A DNA stretch of 64,000 nt from Hyalangium minutum (GTDB lineage Bacteria > Myxococcota > Myxococcia > Myxococcales > Myxococcaceae). The DNA lies in the NCBI RefSeq assembly GCF_000737315.1, contig NZ_JMCB01000028.1:124001-188000 (forward strand), written 5' to 3'. The notes beneath the pieces are model-generated. The model was not told where the DNA came from. It worked only from the letters and a program-made list of their open reading frames with translations, and did no database searches. Made by a program: the position numbers and the translations under genes. Numbering within the stretch: the first letter of the stretch is position 1; the number at the start of each line of letters is the position of its first letter. Positions 17,726 through 26,708 of the stretch are shown piece after piece.

Positions 17726-19093
17726 TCAGCGATTGAAGTCGACACCCGCGCCAGCGCCGGCGGTGTAGCCCTTGGCCAGCGAGCCATCCGGTTGCGGGAA
17801 GTGGACAGTGCCGCCCGCGCCCCAGATGTAGAGCCAGTCGAGGACGCGCTGACGCAGCTCGGCGTGGACGGAGTAGCGCGGCTGGGTACCGATGCCCACG
17901 ACGATGACGCGCGCGTTGGCGAGCGTCCGAGCTCCGGGGAGCTGAAGCGACAGGGTGAGATCCGTGTCGGTGCGGCCGGTGGTGAAGTGCTCTCCGGCGA
18001 TGCTGGCGGACATGTACAGGTCCTCTTTCGCACCACTGCCCGTGCCGATCTTCAGCTCGGCGAAGCCCGCGAGGTTCTTGTCCATGCGCTCCTCGGCGAG
18101 CGGCAGCTCGTGGAGGCCGGTGGAGGAGTAGCGCGCCAGCTCATACGAGGGCCCGAAGAGGCCGAAGCGGAAGCTGCCTCCTTGATAGCGTCCCTCGAGT
18201 CGGCCGCTGATGCTCACCGCGCTCTGGTCGCCGTTGCTGATGGAGAAGCCAGCGAAGCCACCGATGTCCGGCGAGCCCACGTCCACGCGCGAGCCCGCGC
18301 CGCCGATCGCGAAGAGCCGCAGGCTCTCTCCCTTGTAGAGCGCGGCGGCGCCGCCCAGGAGCGCGGCGGTGATGGACTCGGTGCTCTCCTCGCCAATCTT
18401 CCCGAAGTCATGCGCGACGGAGGCGACCGCGTAGTAGCGCTCGAAGTTCTCGGCCTTCGTCGAGGCAAGCTGGCCGATGTCCAGCCGCAGCTCGCCCGCG
18501 AAGAGGCGCGGGGAGAGGATGTCACTGGCGGCCACCTCGACCCGCGTGGGACCGACGTTGACTTCGAGCACGGCGCCCGCCGGGTGGTAATCGGGCGAAA
18601 GCTGGTTGTCATACCGGTCCACCAGGTGGCCCTCCCCCAGTTGGAAGGTGGAGAGAGGCCCCGCGTAGAAATAGGCCACGGTCTCCTTCTCCCGGCCGAT
18701 GCTCAGGAGGCGGAGGACCTGGGCATAGTCGCTCGTGGTGTCCCAGTCCTGGCGCCGCAGGTGGCCGCTGAAGTCCTGGGCGGCCTGCTTCGGCTCGGCG
18801 TCGATCAGCCGGAAGCGCAGGGGCGCGCCCAGCTCGAGCGTGAAGCTATCGCCGCGCTCCACCCGCGCGATGGGCAGGGCCTGCGCGAAGATGTCCTGTC
18901 CGCCTCCCAGCGTGCCCGAGGGCAGACTCAGCGGCCCCGCTTCCAGCGCCAGATGGAAGAAGAAGCTGGAGTCTCCCGTGGCAGTCTGCTCCGAGGGCAC
19001 CTCCTGCACGGTGGCAGACCCTCCTTCATAAGGAGATGCCTGATTGAGAACGGAGAGCAGGACGAGGAAGGAGGCGGCGTTCATCCCGGCCAC
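17726..19093 (-). CDS. Exported hypothetical protein, probable outer-membrane beta-barrel
   Basis: Signal-like N-terminus, alternating beta-strand patterns, C-terminal AGAGVDFNR. Confidence 0.6.
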   Translation of the reverse strand: MAGMNAASFLVLLSVLNQASPYEGGSATVQEVPSEQTATGDSSFFFHLALEAGPLSLPSGTLGGGQDIFAQALPIARVERGDSFTLELGAPLRFRLIDAEPKQAAQDFSGHLRRQDWDTTSDYAQVLRLLSIGREKETVAYFYAGPLSTFQLGEGHLVDRYDNQLSPDYHPAGAVLEVNVGPTRVEVAASDILSPRLFAGELRLDIGQLASTKAENFERYYAVASVAHDFGKIGEESTESITAALLGGAAALYKGESLRLFAIGGAGSRVDVGSPDIGGFAGFSISNGDQSAVSISGRLEGRYQGGSFRFGLFGPSYELARYSSTGLHELPLAEERMDKNLAGFAELKIGTGSGAKEDLYMSASIAGEHFTTGRTDTDLTLSLQLPGARTLANARVIVVGIGTQPRYSVHAELRQRVLDWLYIWGAGGTVHFPQPDGSLAKGYTAGAGAGVDFNR

Positions 19094-19212
19094 TCTACCT
19101 ATCCCTCGCGCTGCGCAAAGGAACGCAACTGTGAAACAGGTGTAGGCACGCCTCGCCTAGCAGCCGAGCAGACAGGCGTCGCCCGGGCTCCTACCCTGCC
19201 CCCACAGCAGCC

Positions 19213-20805
19213 TCACGGCTCCGCGCGGGGCGCCTCGGCCGGCAGGCTCGCGGGGTGGGGGCGCTCAGGCAGACCGATGAGCCACCGCGTGAGCAGCCGG
19301 AAGCCTGTGGCGAACAGGCCCTGCTCCTGTTGCAGGGACTCGAAGAAGCTCTGGTCCAGCAGCGAGTCCTCCGGATCAATGATGAGCTCCTCGGGCTCCA
19401 GCGGCTTGAGGAGTGGGCTCTGGTCGAAGACTGTCTCCAGCGGGTGCAGCCGCAGGCGGTGCTTGGCACCAGCCGCCACGTCATCCAGCCAGGCCACGAG
19501 CTGCTCCGCGCGCGCCAGCCCGCGCACCACCTCGCGGCCCTGCAGCCCGGTGTGCTCCGCCAGCAGGCTCACCCTCAGCCGGCGGAGGCTGCGCCGCAGC
19601 GCCGCTCCCTCGGGGCCCTCGGGGGCCTCCCAGGCCAGGTTCAGCTCCGAGTCCAACCCCATGCTGCGGTTGGTGGTGTTCGCCGAGCCCACCGTGAGGA
19701 AGCGGTCGTCCACCATCATCAGCTTCGAGTGGATATAGGTGAACCTGTCCTGTCCCTGCTCGTCGGGAGACGCCGAGCAGTACACGCCCAGCGCATGGCC
19801 ATTCTCCTGGGCGACACGCTGCAGCACGCGCAGCATCCGCACCTGGGCCACACCCATGGCCAGCTGCTCGCGCAGCGCCTCGGGCATCCGGGGAAGGACG
19901 AAGAGAATCTGAAGAGGGCCCCGCGTCTTGTCTCGCATGCGGCGCACCAGCGCCTGGAAGATGGCCCGCGAGGAGAAGTACTGGTTCTCGATATAGATGA
20001 GACGCTCGGCGGACTGGATCGCGTCCAGGTAGAGCCCGCGGATCTCCTGCACCGGTTCCTGGCAGAAGGGCACCAGCGTCTTGCCGAATGTGCGGCTGAG
20101 CGACACGGGCCCCGCAGGCAACGGCAGCGTGGCTTCCACCTCCACGTCGTCTCGCACCACCGGCTCGGGCAGATTCAGCGCACCGCCGCCGGAGTTGAAC
20201 CACCGGGCCTCGAACAGCTCCACCAGCGGCCGGACCACGGGCCCTTTGAGCACTGCCTGCACGTCATGGTACGGCCCGTGCGGATCTCTCCCCGAGTCGC
20301 AGCGCAGTGAGGAGCGCGCCGGGTGGCTCCGGTCATCCCAGCGGCAGTCGCAGATGTCCATGCCTCCGGTGAAGGCCAGCTGCCCGTCGATGATGACCAG
20401 CTTCTGATGGTGCGCGCCCGACAGCGGCGCAGAGGCATCGAAGCGGAAGGAGATCCGCTCGCTGTGCCAGTTGAAGAGCAGCTGCTGCATCCACTCGCGC
20501 TCCAGCGCGAGCAGCAGGCTGAAGTCCCACGCGAGGATGTGGACCTGCAGCTCCGGATTGTTGAGGCACAGCTCGCGCAACAGCGGAAGCATCCGCGTCT
20601 CGCCCGTCACTCCCTGGGCGTCCTCGCCGCGCAGCAGCGCCACGTCACTGTCGAACTGCCATCCGAGGATGGCGATGTACTGCTTGGCCTGGCGGGCCGC
20701 CCGGTAGAACGCGCGGTAGTAGTCGCGCGCGTCAATGAGCATTCCCGCCTGCTCTGCTTCAGCCTGCAGCCAGCAATTGCTACCGGGAACCAAGATGCGT
20801 CTCAC
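19213..20805 (-). CDS. Phospholipase D family protein (two HKD motifs)
   Basis: HHQKLVIIDGQLAFTGGMD and YIHSKLMMVDDRFLTVGSANTTNRS. Confidence 0.92.
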   Translation of the reverse strand: MRRILVPGSNCWLQAEAEQAGMLIDARDYYRAFYRAARQAKQYIAILGWQFDSDVALLRGEDAQGVTGETRMLPLLRELCLNNPELQVHILAWDFSLLLALEREWMQQLLFNWHSERISFRFDASAPLSGAHHQKLVIIDGQLAFTGGMDICDCRWDDRSHPARSSLRCDSGRDPHGPYHDVQAVLKGPVVRPLVELFEARWFNSGGGALNLPEPVVRDDVEVEATLPLPAGPVSLSRTFGKTLVPFCQEPVQEIRGLYLDAIQSAERLIYIENQYFSSRAIFQALVRRMRDKTRGPLQILFVLPRMPEALREQLAMGVAQVRMLRVLQRVAQENGHALGVYCSASPDEQGQDRFTYIHSKLMMVDDRFLTVGSANTTNRSMGLDSELNLAWEAPEGPEGAALRRSLRRLRVSLLAEHTGLQGREVVRGLARAEQLVAWLDDVAAGAKHRLRLHPLETVFDQSPLLKPLEPEELIIDPEDSLLDQSFFESLQQEQGLFATGFRLLTRWLIGLPERPHPASLPAEAPRAEP

Positions 20806-20918
20806 GATGTCACTCCCGGGCGCCTACCTCCCACAGGCCCTCGCCCCCAGAGGGGGACACTCCCCTCAACGCCTCAACCCACGGCGTCGCAAATCACGAC
20901 GCCTCCACACCTACGACG

Positions 20919-21008
20919 CCCCAACCCGCCACACCCCAACCCGCCACACCCCAACCCGCCACGCCCCAACCCGCCACGCCCCAACCCGCCACACCCCAAC
21001 CCGGCGCG
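20919..21008. repeat. Intergenic 15-bp tandem repeat (VNTR), 5 full copies and 1 degenerate copy
   Basis: CCCCAACCCGCCAC(A/G) starts at 20919, 20934, 20949, 20964, 20979; CCCCAACCCGGCGCG at 20994. Confidence 0.95.
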
Positions 21009-21010
21009 CC

Positions 21011-21247
21011 TTACCCCACCACGACGATGTGCTTGCCCGTCGCCAGCGTCATCGCCGGAGAGGACACCACCCGCGCCACCTTCTTCACCTCGCCACCCAC
21101 CGCATCGAAGGCCGCGGCGATGAGGTCACCCAGCGTCACCTGCACCTTGTTCCCCGGCTGAGCTGCCTTCAGCGTCCCCTTCACCGCCTTCGTCTGCCGC
21201 GCCTTCCGCTGCTGCTTCACCTGATCACGCCGCTGAGCCTTTGCCAT
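21011..21247 (-). CDS. Small basic hypothetical protein (78 aa)
   Basis: ATG start preceded by GGAGA; host-like codon usage; basic N-terminus and TLGDLIAAAFD motif; sigma54 motif upstream. Confidence 0.65.
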   Translation of the reverse strand: MAKAQRRDQVKQQRKARQTKAVKGTLKAAQPGNKVQVTLGDLIAAAFDAVGGEVKKVARVVSSPAMTLATGKHIVVVG

Positions 21248-21326
21248 GGTCTTGTCTCCCTGATGTGCTGGTTGCTTGTGCCGTACTCGACCACCCGACC
21301 CGCCGCCGCCCTGCGCAGACTCCTAG

Positions 21327-21342
21327 AGCAACCCCCATGCCG
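21327..21342 (-). promoter_or_regulatory. sigma54 (-24/-12) promoter motif for the 78-aa gene
   Basis: Minus strand reads CGGCATGGGGGTTGCT (GG-N10-GC with TTGCT), about 80 nt upstream of the ATG. Confidence 0.65.
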
Positions 21343-21630
21343 CGTGGCAAACCCCCGATTTTTGGAGGTATGCTCCCGCCGAAAGGATCAGGCGCCCCCT
21401 GAAACGGCTGTCGTTTTTTCAGAATCGCGCCGATGATCGGAACGAATGACTGGCTCACCTCAGCCCTGCGGACGAGGGAACGTCGACCGGTGTACATGTT
21501 GTTACAAAGACATGTGTCGCCGCAGCGCGTCACCTGTCTTAGGTCAGGGCCACTTCCAGCACGGACAATTTGCTTTTGGCGGCTTTAGCCGATTCAATGG
21601 AAGTAGGGGGATCCCCGAGGTGCCAGAACG

Positions 21631-22203
21631 ATGGACCTGAATACGCGCCCGCCCAAGGCCGAGCCCGGTACGAGTGATCCCTTCGCGAACTCCCAGGTCG
21701 TCGGTCAGTCCATTCTCGCCATCGTGGGCGGGATGGAGGTCGTCCAGGCGCGTGCGCTCCGCATCCTGGCCGAGTTCGGCATCTCTCCCTTGAAGGCCGA
21801 CGTCTGGTACCCGATGACGGCCCTGCTGAATTCCTTCCGCCTCATCTTCGAGAAGATCGGCCCCAGCACGGTCCGGGCCATTGGCAGGAAGATCCCGGAG
21901 AACGCCCACTTCCCCTCGGACATGGACTCCTTGGAGAAGGGACTGCGCTCCATCGATGTTGCCTACCACATGAACCACCGGGGGCCGGACCCCATCGGTG
22001 GGTACCACTACGAGCAGTCGGATCGACGCAGCGCGCGAATGGTGTGTGACAACCCTTATCCGTGCGACCTCGACCTCGGCCTCATCGAGGCGATCTGCGA
22101 CCGGTTCCGCCCCAAGGACGCGCTCTGGGTGCGGATTGAGCACGATCCGAAGACTTGTCGTCGAAGAGGAGACTCTTCCTGCACGTATAACATCGCTTGG
22201 TAG
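21631..22203 (+). CDS. Stand-alone V4R/H-NOX-superfamily ligand-binding domain protein
   Basis: WYP, IGRKIP, DNPYPCDLDLGLI and the V4R-type end HDPKTCRRRGDSSCTYNIAW. Confidence 0.6.
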   Translation: MDLNTRPPKAEPGTSDPFANSQVVGQSILAIVGGMEVVQARALRILAEFGISPLKADVWYPMTALLNSFRLIFEKIGPSTVRAIGRKIPENAHFPSDMDSLEKGLRSIDVAYHMNHRGPDPIGGYHYEQSDRRSARMVCDNPYPCDLDLGLIEAICDRFRPKDALWVRIEHDPKTCRRRGDSSCTYNIAW

Positions 22204-22295
22204 AGCAACTCGCCAGGTCGGTTGGCTAAGCAGAAACCTCGGCCGTTTTGATCCGGTGGGTCGGGCGTTATCATCAGCATGGTCGGGAGGAAGCC

Positions 22296-23087
22296 ATGAA
22301 GGTCGTCCTGGAGCACATCGCAGCACGGCAGGCCGCTTTTGCCAGCCACCCCTTTTTTGAAGATCTGAAACAGGATCGGCCGGTCGAACAGATCATGGCC
22401 TTCGCGCCACGCTTGGCGTTCTGGGTCATGACGTTCCAGGACGTGCTGCGGCTCAATGCCCACTTCATCTCGGACCCCGGCCTGAAGCGGCTCGCCGTCC
22501 AGCACCGCTCGGAGGAGGTGGGCCATGACCGCTGGTTCTTCGAGGACATTCAGGAGTTGACGGGAAAGCAGCTGTCGGTGAGTGCCCTGTATGGCCGCGC
22601 GCACACGGCCACGCGGGATGCCACCTACGCCCTCATCTCCGAGGTATACCGGCCGATGGATGACCGGCTGCGCATTGCCCTGGTGCTGACCATGGAGGCC
22701 ACCAGCCACATCTTCTTCGGGCGCACCTCCATCGTCGTCTCCACCAAGGGCTGCGGGCCGCGCCTGCGCTACTTCTCGGACTTCCACGTGCAGGTGGAGC
22801 AGCAGCACGAGGTGTTCGAGGAGGAGATGGAGCGGCGGCTGCGCTCGCTGGAGCTGACGGAGGAGCTGCGCGCCCAGGCGATTGGCTTGGTGGATCGCGC
22901 GTACGCGGCCTTTGACTTGATGCTCCAGGGCCTGCGCACGGAGATCAACGCGCCCGTGGAGCCCCTGCTGCCGGCCCGGCTGCCGGAGCCTCAGTCCGCG
23001 GCGGCCACCTCGTTCCCCGGCACTTCGACCAAGGACGAGTCCCAGCAGGACGGGAACGAGCAGCACCCGCACATCCTCGCGGTGTAG
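22296..23087 (+). CDS. Heme-oxygenase-like diiron oxidase (HDO), AetD-like
   Basis: All-helical; candidate metal ligands HRSEEVGH (E74, H77), TMEAT (E134), DFHVQVEQQH (H164, E168, H171); GGAGG RBS. Confidence 0.7.
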   Translation: MKVVLEHIAARQAAFASHPFFEDLKQDRPVEQIMAFAPRLAFWVMTFQDVLRLNAHFISDPGLKRLAVQHRSEEVGHDRWFFEDIQELTGKQLSVSALYGRAHTATRDATYALISEVYRPMDDRLRIALVLTMEATSHIFFGRTSIVVSTKGCGPRLRYFSDFHVQVEQQHEVFEEEMERRLRSLELTEELRAQAIGLVDRAYAAFDLMLQGLRTEINAPVEPLLPARLPEPQSAAATSFPGTSTKDESQQDGNEQHPHILAV

Positions 23088-23121
23088 CGCGGACTCCCCT
23101 TTCGGAGAACACCTCTCGCTG

Positions 23122-23143
23122 GGAGCTCTTCACAGAGAGCTCC
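23122..23143. terminator. Hairpin between convergent genes
   Basis: GGAGCTCT-TCACAG-AGAGCTCC perfect 8-bp stem; no U-tract. Confidence 0.4.
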
Positions 23144-23159
23144 TGGCGGCGCTTGGGCG

Positions 23160-23609
23160 CTACTTGGCGGGCGGAGAGAGGGCGAGGATGAGCTCGCCGC
23201 CCACGTGCTTGCCCGCGCGCTGGTAGACGGCGCCCTGGTTGCCGAGCTCCACGTCCACGGCGGCCAAGCGGGGAATCACCACGCTCACCGTGGCGGTGCT
23301 GTCCTTGAGGGACCGCAGCGTCAGCGTGGCGTTGACGCCATTGGGCAGCCGCAGCTCGGTGGGCTTGTCCTTGATGAGCTCGACGGTCTCCAGCGACAGC
23401 CGCTTGAAGGAGGTGAAGCTGAAGTTCTGCTTGCGGAACTTCTCCTTCATCTGCGCCAGCTCGGGCGGATCCACCGTGTCGCTCTTGTCGGAGACGAGCA
23501 CCACGTCCACCTGGATCTTCACCTTTTGATCCTGCGCGTGAGCCGCCAGCGGCGAGAGCGTCAGCCCCAGCGCGAGCACCGTCAGCACCGCAGCCAATTG
23601 CGTTCTCAC
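23160..23609 (-). CDS. Exported hypothetical protein, third gene of the ECF operon
   Basis: Signal peptide ending AAHA-Q; 4-bp overlap with the anti-sigma gene. Confidence 0.7.
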   Translation of the reverse strand: MRTQLAAVLTVLALGLTLSPLAAHAQDQKVKIQVDVVLVSDKSDTVDPPELAQMKEKFRKQNFSFTSFKRLSLETVELIKDKPTELRLPNGVNATLTLRSLKDSTATVSVVIPRLAAVDVELGNQGAVYQRAGKHVGGELILALSPPAK

Positions 23610-24265
23610 AGGGAGCCTCCTTTGGGAGCCGGGTCCTTCTGCTGCGGGGAAAGGGGCTTGGGCTTCAGGGCACCCTGCGGCGCCTCATCCGTCCCCTGCT
23701 CGTCGCTCCGGGACTCGTTACCCAGGGCGGGCGTGGCGTCGTGCGGAGGCGGCTCCTCGTCCTGTTCCACCGTCCAGATGATGGTGCTGCCGTCATCCGT
23801 CTCCATCACCACCGGGGCGAGCCGGGCCGGATCCAGGGAGCGCACCGCCTGCACCTTCATGCGCTCGCCGGCGTAGCCCACCGGAGCCCGGTTCCCCCAC
23901 AGCAGCGGAATGGCCACCAGCAGTACCACCGCGGCGGTGGCCAGCGAGGAGAACACCGCCGTGCGCTGGTAGAGGAACATCTCCGAGAGCGAGAGGCGCA
24001 GCCGCTCGAGCAGCGGCGGCCGATCCGGCGTCACCCGCGCCATGACCTTCTGGGCGAAGTCCTTGAAGTCCACCTCGTCCACCGCCATGTCCAGGCCTAC
24101 GCGCAGCAGGCCCGACTCGGCGCGCAGGTCCGCAGCGCGACCCGTGCACACCTTACAGGCGGAGAGGTGACGCTCGATGTTCACGCGCTCGGTAGGAGAC
24201 ACCTCCCCGTCAATGTAGGGAGAGAGGAGCGGGATGAACCGCTCGCACGCAGGATTTCCGGCCAT
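23606..24265 (-). CDS. Zinc-finger (zf-HC2/ZAS) membrane anti-sigma factor
   Basis: CERFIPLLSPYIDGE..HLSACKVC (HxxxCxxC) and one TM helix; start set at MAGNP. Confidence 0.85.
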   Translation of the reverse strand: MAGNPACERFIPLLSPYIDGEVSPTERVNIERHLSACKVCTGRAADLRAESGLLRVGLDMAVDEVDFKDFAQKVMARVTPDRPPLLERLRLSLSEMFLYQRTAVFSSLATAAVVLLVAIPLLWGNRAPVGYAGERMKVQAVRSLDPARLAPVVMETDDGSTIIWTVEQDEEPPPHDATPALGNESRSDEQGTDEAPQGALKPKPLSPQQKDPAPKGGSL

Positions 24266-24333
24266 GGCTTCACCCTGGTTGTTGGTGGCTGTCTCTGTAT
24301 GACGGGAGCGCCCCACCGATATTCCAAGCCTGT

Positions 24334-24951
24334 CTACTCACTGCCCACCCCACTCTTGGCCTCGTCCAACTCCAGGTATTGACTCAGGATTTTCTGAACT
24401 TTGGCGCGGGCGTGGAACAGCCGGCTCATCACCGTGCCCTTGGGAATGTCCAGGGTGCGAGACAGGTCCTCGTAGGACATTCCCTCCACTTCCCGAAGGA
24501 GCAGGATGGCGCGGTGCTTCTCGGGGACGGAGGCCAGCGCCTCCTGAATCTTCTCGGCCAGCTCGCGGCGCAGGGCGCTCTTCTGGGGGTTGGTGCCCAG
24601 CCGGCTCCCGAGCGCTCCGATATTGGCTTCAGACACATCCATGGGCAGCGTCTCGTCGAACTCGACGGCCTCGCCGCCCGCGCCCGCACGCTTGCGGATG
24701 ATGTCGATGCAGATGTTGACGGTGATGCGGTAGAGCCACGTGTAGAACGAGGCGTCACCCTTGAAGTGGTCCAGGTACTTGTAGACCTTGACGAACGCCT
24801 CCTGGGAGACGTCCATCGCCTCCTCCTTGTCCTTGAGCATTCCGAGCGCAACGGCGTACACCTTGCGCTGGTAGCGCTCGACGAGGAGCTTGAAGGCGCG
24901 TTGGTCTCCGCCGCGGACGCGCTTGACGAGGGTGAGATCGTCGGTGGCCAA
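24334..24951 (-). CDS. ECF-subfamily RNA polymerase sigma factor
   Basis: AFKLLVERYQ, DVSQEAFVKVY, FYTWLYRITVN, GMSYEDLS..GTVMSRLFHAR. Confidence 0.95.
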   Translation of the reverse strand: MATDDLTLVKRVRGGDQRAFKLLVERYQRKVYAVALGMLKDKEEAMDVSQEAFVKVYKYLDHFKGDASFYTWLYRITVNICIDIIRKRAGAGGEAVEFDETLPMDVSEANIGALGSRLGTNPQKSALRRELAEKIQEALASVPEKHRAILLLREVEGMSYEDLSRTLDIPKGTVMSRLFHARAKVQKILSQYLELDEAKSGVGSE

Positions 24952-25026
24952 TGAGCCGGGGACCCTAACACAAGCCCCCGAAATCCCAAGAAGTCCGCGA
25001 GCAGGAACGGTTTCCTGGAGGACGGC

Positions 25027-26658
25027 CTAGAGGCTGACCACCAGGATGACCAACAGCATCAGCCCTACGAACGCCAGGACGGCGGCAAAGGCGATCTGGT
25101 TCCACTTCTCCTTTTCAATGGCGCTGTCATCCTCGCCATTGCGCATGCGGTGGAGAACGTTCCACAGCATGTTTCCGCCCAGCTTGAAGCTGCCACCGAG
25201 CTTCTTCCAGGCCTCCTCGAAATTGCCGGGCCGCTGCTCCTCGTCCTCTGGGCGGCGCAGCAAGTTCGGGTGGGGGGGCTGAATCACCGGCGGGGGCACG
25301 TTGGCTTGCTGGGGGTTCAACCGGACAAACTCGGACGGGTTGCTGGTCCGCTGCTTTGGCTGGCGATCGGACACCTCGCCAAAGGCGCTGTCCTTCATCT
25401 CCGAGGAGTTGAGCAGCGAGTCTGTCCTCGGTGGGTCCTCGAGCCGCAGGGAGGAGTCCTGAGGCTGGGCCATCTCCGAGAGGTCGGCCGCGCCCTGGGG
25501 CGTCGCCGTGTCTGCCGTGGGGTGCGGCGTCTCGGGGGCTTGCGTCTGCTCTGTCTTGGCGGGGGCCTCCTGGGCCTGCGCCTTCTGTTGGGCCTCCGGC
25601 TTCGTGGCGGCCTCGGGCGCCTGCCCCTTCTGCTGCTTCTGCGCCTTGGCGGCCTCGGAGAGGAGCACCTCCGGCGGCGGCTCGAGCTCCACCTGCTCCG
25701 CGCGCTCCTTGGCCTCCTCAGGGCTCCCAGACTGGAGCACCCACTTGCCGGCCTTCACTCCGTCCTGGCCTGTGTGCTTGTCGCGGAACTCGCCGAAGCC
25801 TTCCTTCTCCAGGGCCTTGTCGAAGAGCTCCTGGCCCTCGGGCATGGGCTCCTGGCCTGCGGCGGCCTCGGCGTAGGCGGTGAAGAAGGCCCACATGCGC
25901 AAGGCCCGCTCCGAAGGCGGCAAGTCCGACGGCCTCACCTGCTGGTTCAGCAGCGGCAGATCCGAGGCGAAGCGCTTGGCCACCGTCGCCTGGTCCTCGA
26001 GCTTGTTCAGGTTCTTGGGGATCAGGTCCTCCACCGGGCGCAGCGGGCCTTTCACCTGACTGGTACGAAACGCGGGCCGGTTGGCCGTGGTGGGCGCCTT
26101 GGCGCCGAAGAGGTCCGACGGCTTGACGATGCGAGTGCTCTCCGCCGACGGATCCGGAGCGTCCTTGAGCGCGGGCATCTCCCGGGTTCTGCCGCCCCGC
26201 GTCGCGGATGGCTCCGGGGTCTGCACCTTCGGCATCACCAGGGTCTCGGGAGCGGTAGAGGTCTTGGTGCCCCTCGGGTCCGGGGTCAGCGCATCCGCGA
26301 AGGACGCGGCCGGCATCGCGGGTCGGGTGGTCGTCCGCGGCTGTCCTTGATTGGGGTAGGCCGGGCGCTCCGCGGTGCCCATGCGAGGCCGCTCACCGGT
26401 GCCGTACCGGGGGCGCTCGCCTGTGCGGCCAGAACCTGGGCCCGTCCCCAGCCCTGAGCCGCCTCCCTCCGCCGTGCCTTCTCCGCCCTCGAGGCCGCCT
26501 TCCAGGAGACCGCCTTCCGAGAGACCGCCTTCCGAGAGACCGCCTCCTCCGGTGCTGGTGGGGGAGCTGCCTTCACCCGCTGGGGAGCGTCCGCCACGGG
26601 GGCCGTCGCCGAACGGACGCCTCCCGCCACCTCGGCCGATGTCCCCAACATGACTCAT
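25027..26658 (-). CDS. Gly/Pro-rich hypothetical protein with C-terminal membrane anchor
   Basis: Long low-complexity ORF; globular patch LRMWAFFTAYAEAA; C-terminal TM IAFAAVLAFVGLMLLVILVVSL. Confidence 0.65.
   Translation of the reverse strand: MSHVGDIGRGGGRRPFGDGPRGGRSPAGEGSSPTSTGGGGLSEGGLSEGGLLEGGLEGGEGTAEGGGSGLGTGPGSGRTGERPRYGTGERPRMGTAERPAYPNQGQPRTTTRPAMPAASFADALTPDPRGTKTSTAPETLVMPKVQTPEPSATRGGRTREMPALKDAPDPSAESTRIVKPSDLFGAKAPTTANRPAFRTSQVKGPLRPVEDLIPKNLNKLEDQATVAKRFASDLPLLNQQVRPSDLPPSERALRMWAFFTAYAEAAAGQEPMPEGQELFDKALEKEGFGEFRDKHTGQDGVKAGKWVLQSGSPEEAKERAEQVELEPPPEVLLSEAAKAQKQQKGQAPEAATKPEAQQKAQAQEAPAKTEQTQAPETPHPTADTATPQGAADLSEMAQPQDSSLRLEDPPRTDSLLNSSEMKDSAFGEVSDRQPKQRTSNPSEFVRLNPQQANVPPPVIQPPHPNLLRRPEDEEQRPGNFEEAWKKLGGSFKLGGNMLWNVLHRMRNGEDDSAIEKEKWNQIAFAAVLAFVGLMLLVILVVSL
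26491..26550 (-). repeat. 15-bp coding tandem repeat (GGLSE x4)
   Basis: gagaccgccttccga exact at 26506 and 26521, degenerate at 26491 and 26536. Confidence 0.85.
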
Positions 26659-26708
26659 CTCTCACATTCTCGCCTACCCAACGGGCAAGTTGCGAGAGGG
26701 GGGGCCGA

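Noticed and set aside
20919-21008. Possible CRISPR array
   Set aside because: Repeats are head-to-tail with no spacers, and there are no cas genes.
21345-21400. GGCAAACC...GAAAGG resembling a GEMM (c-di-GMP/cGAMP) riboswitch
   Set aside because: The GACGCAAAGC and second-stem elements are missing and P1 pairing is not evident.
20323-21436. ORFs with PNPPH or PTRHT pentapeptide repeats
   Set aside because: These are read-throughs of the intergenic 15-bp VNTR that overlap real genes on the other strand.
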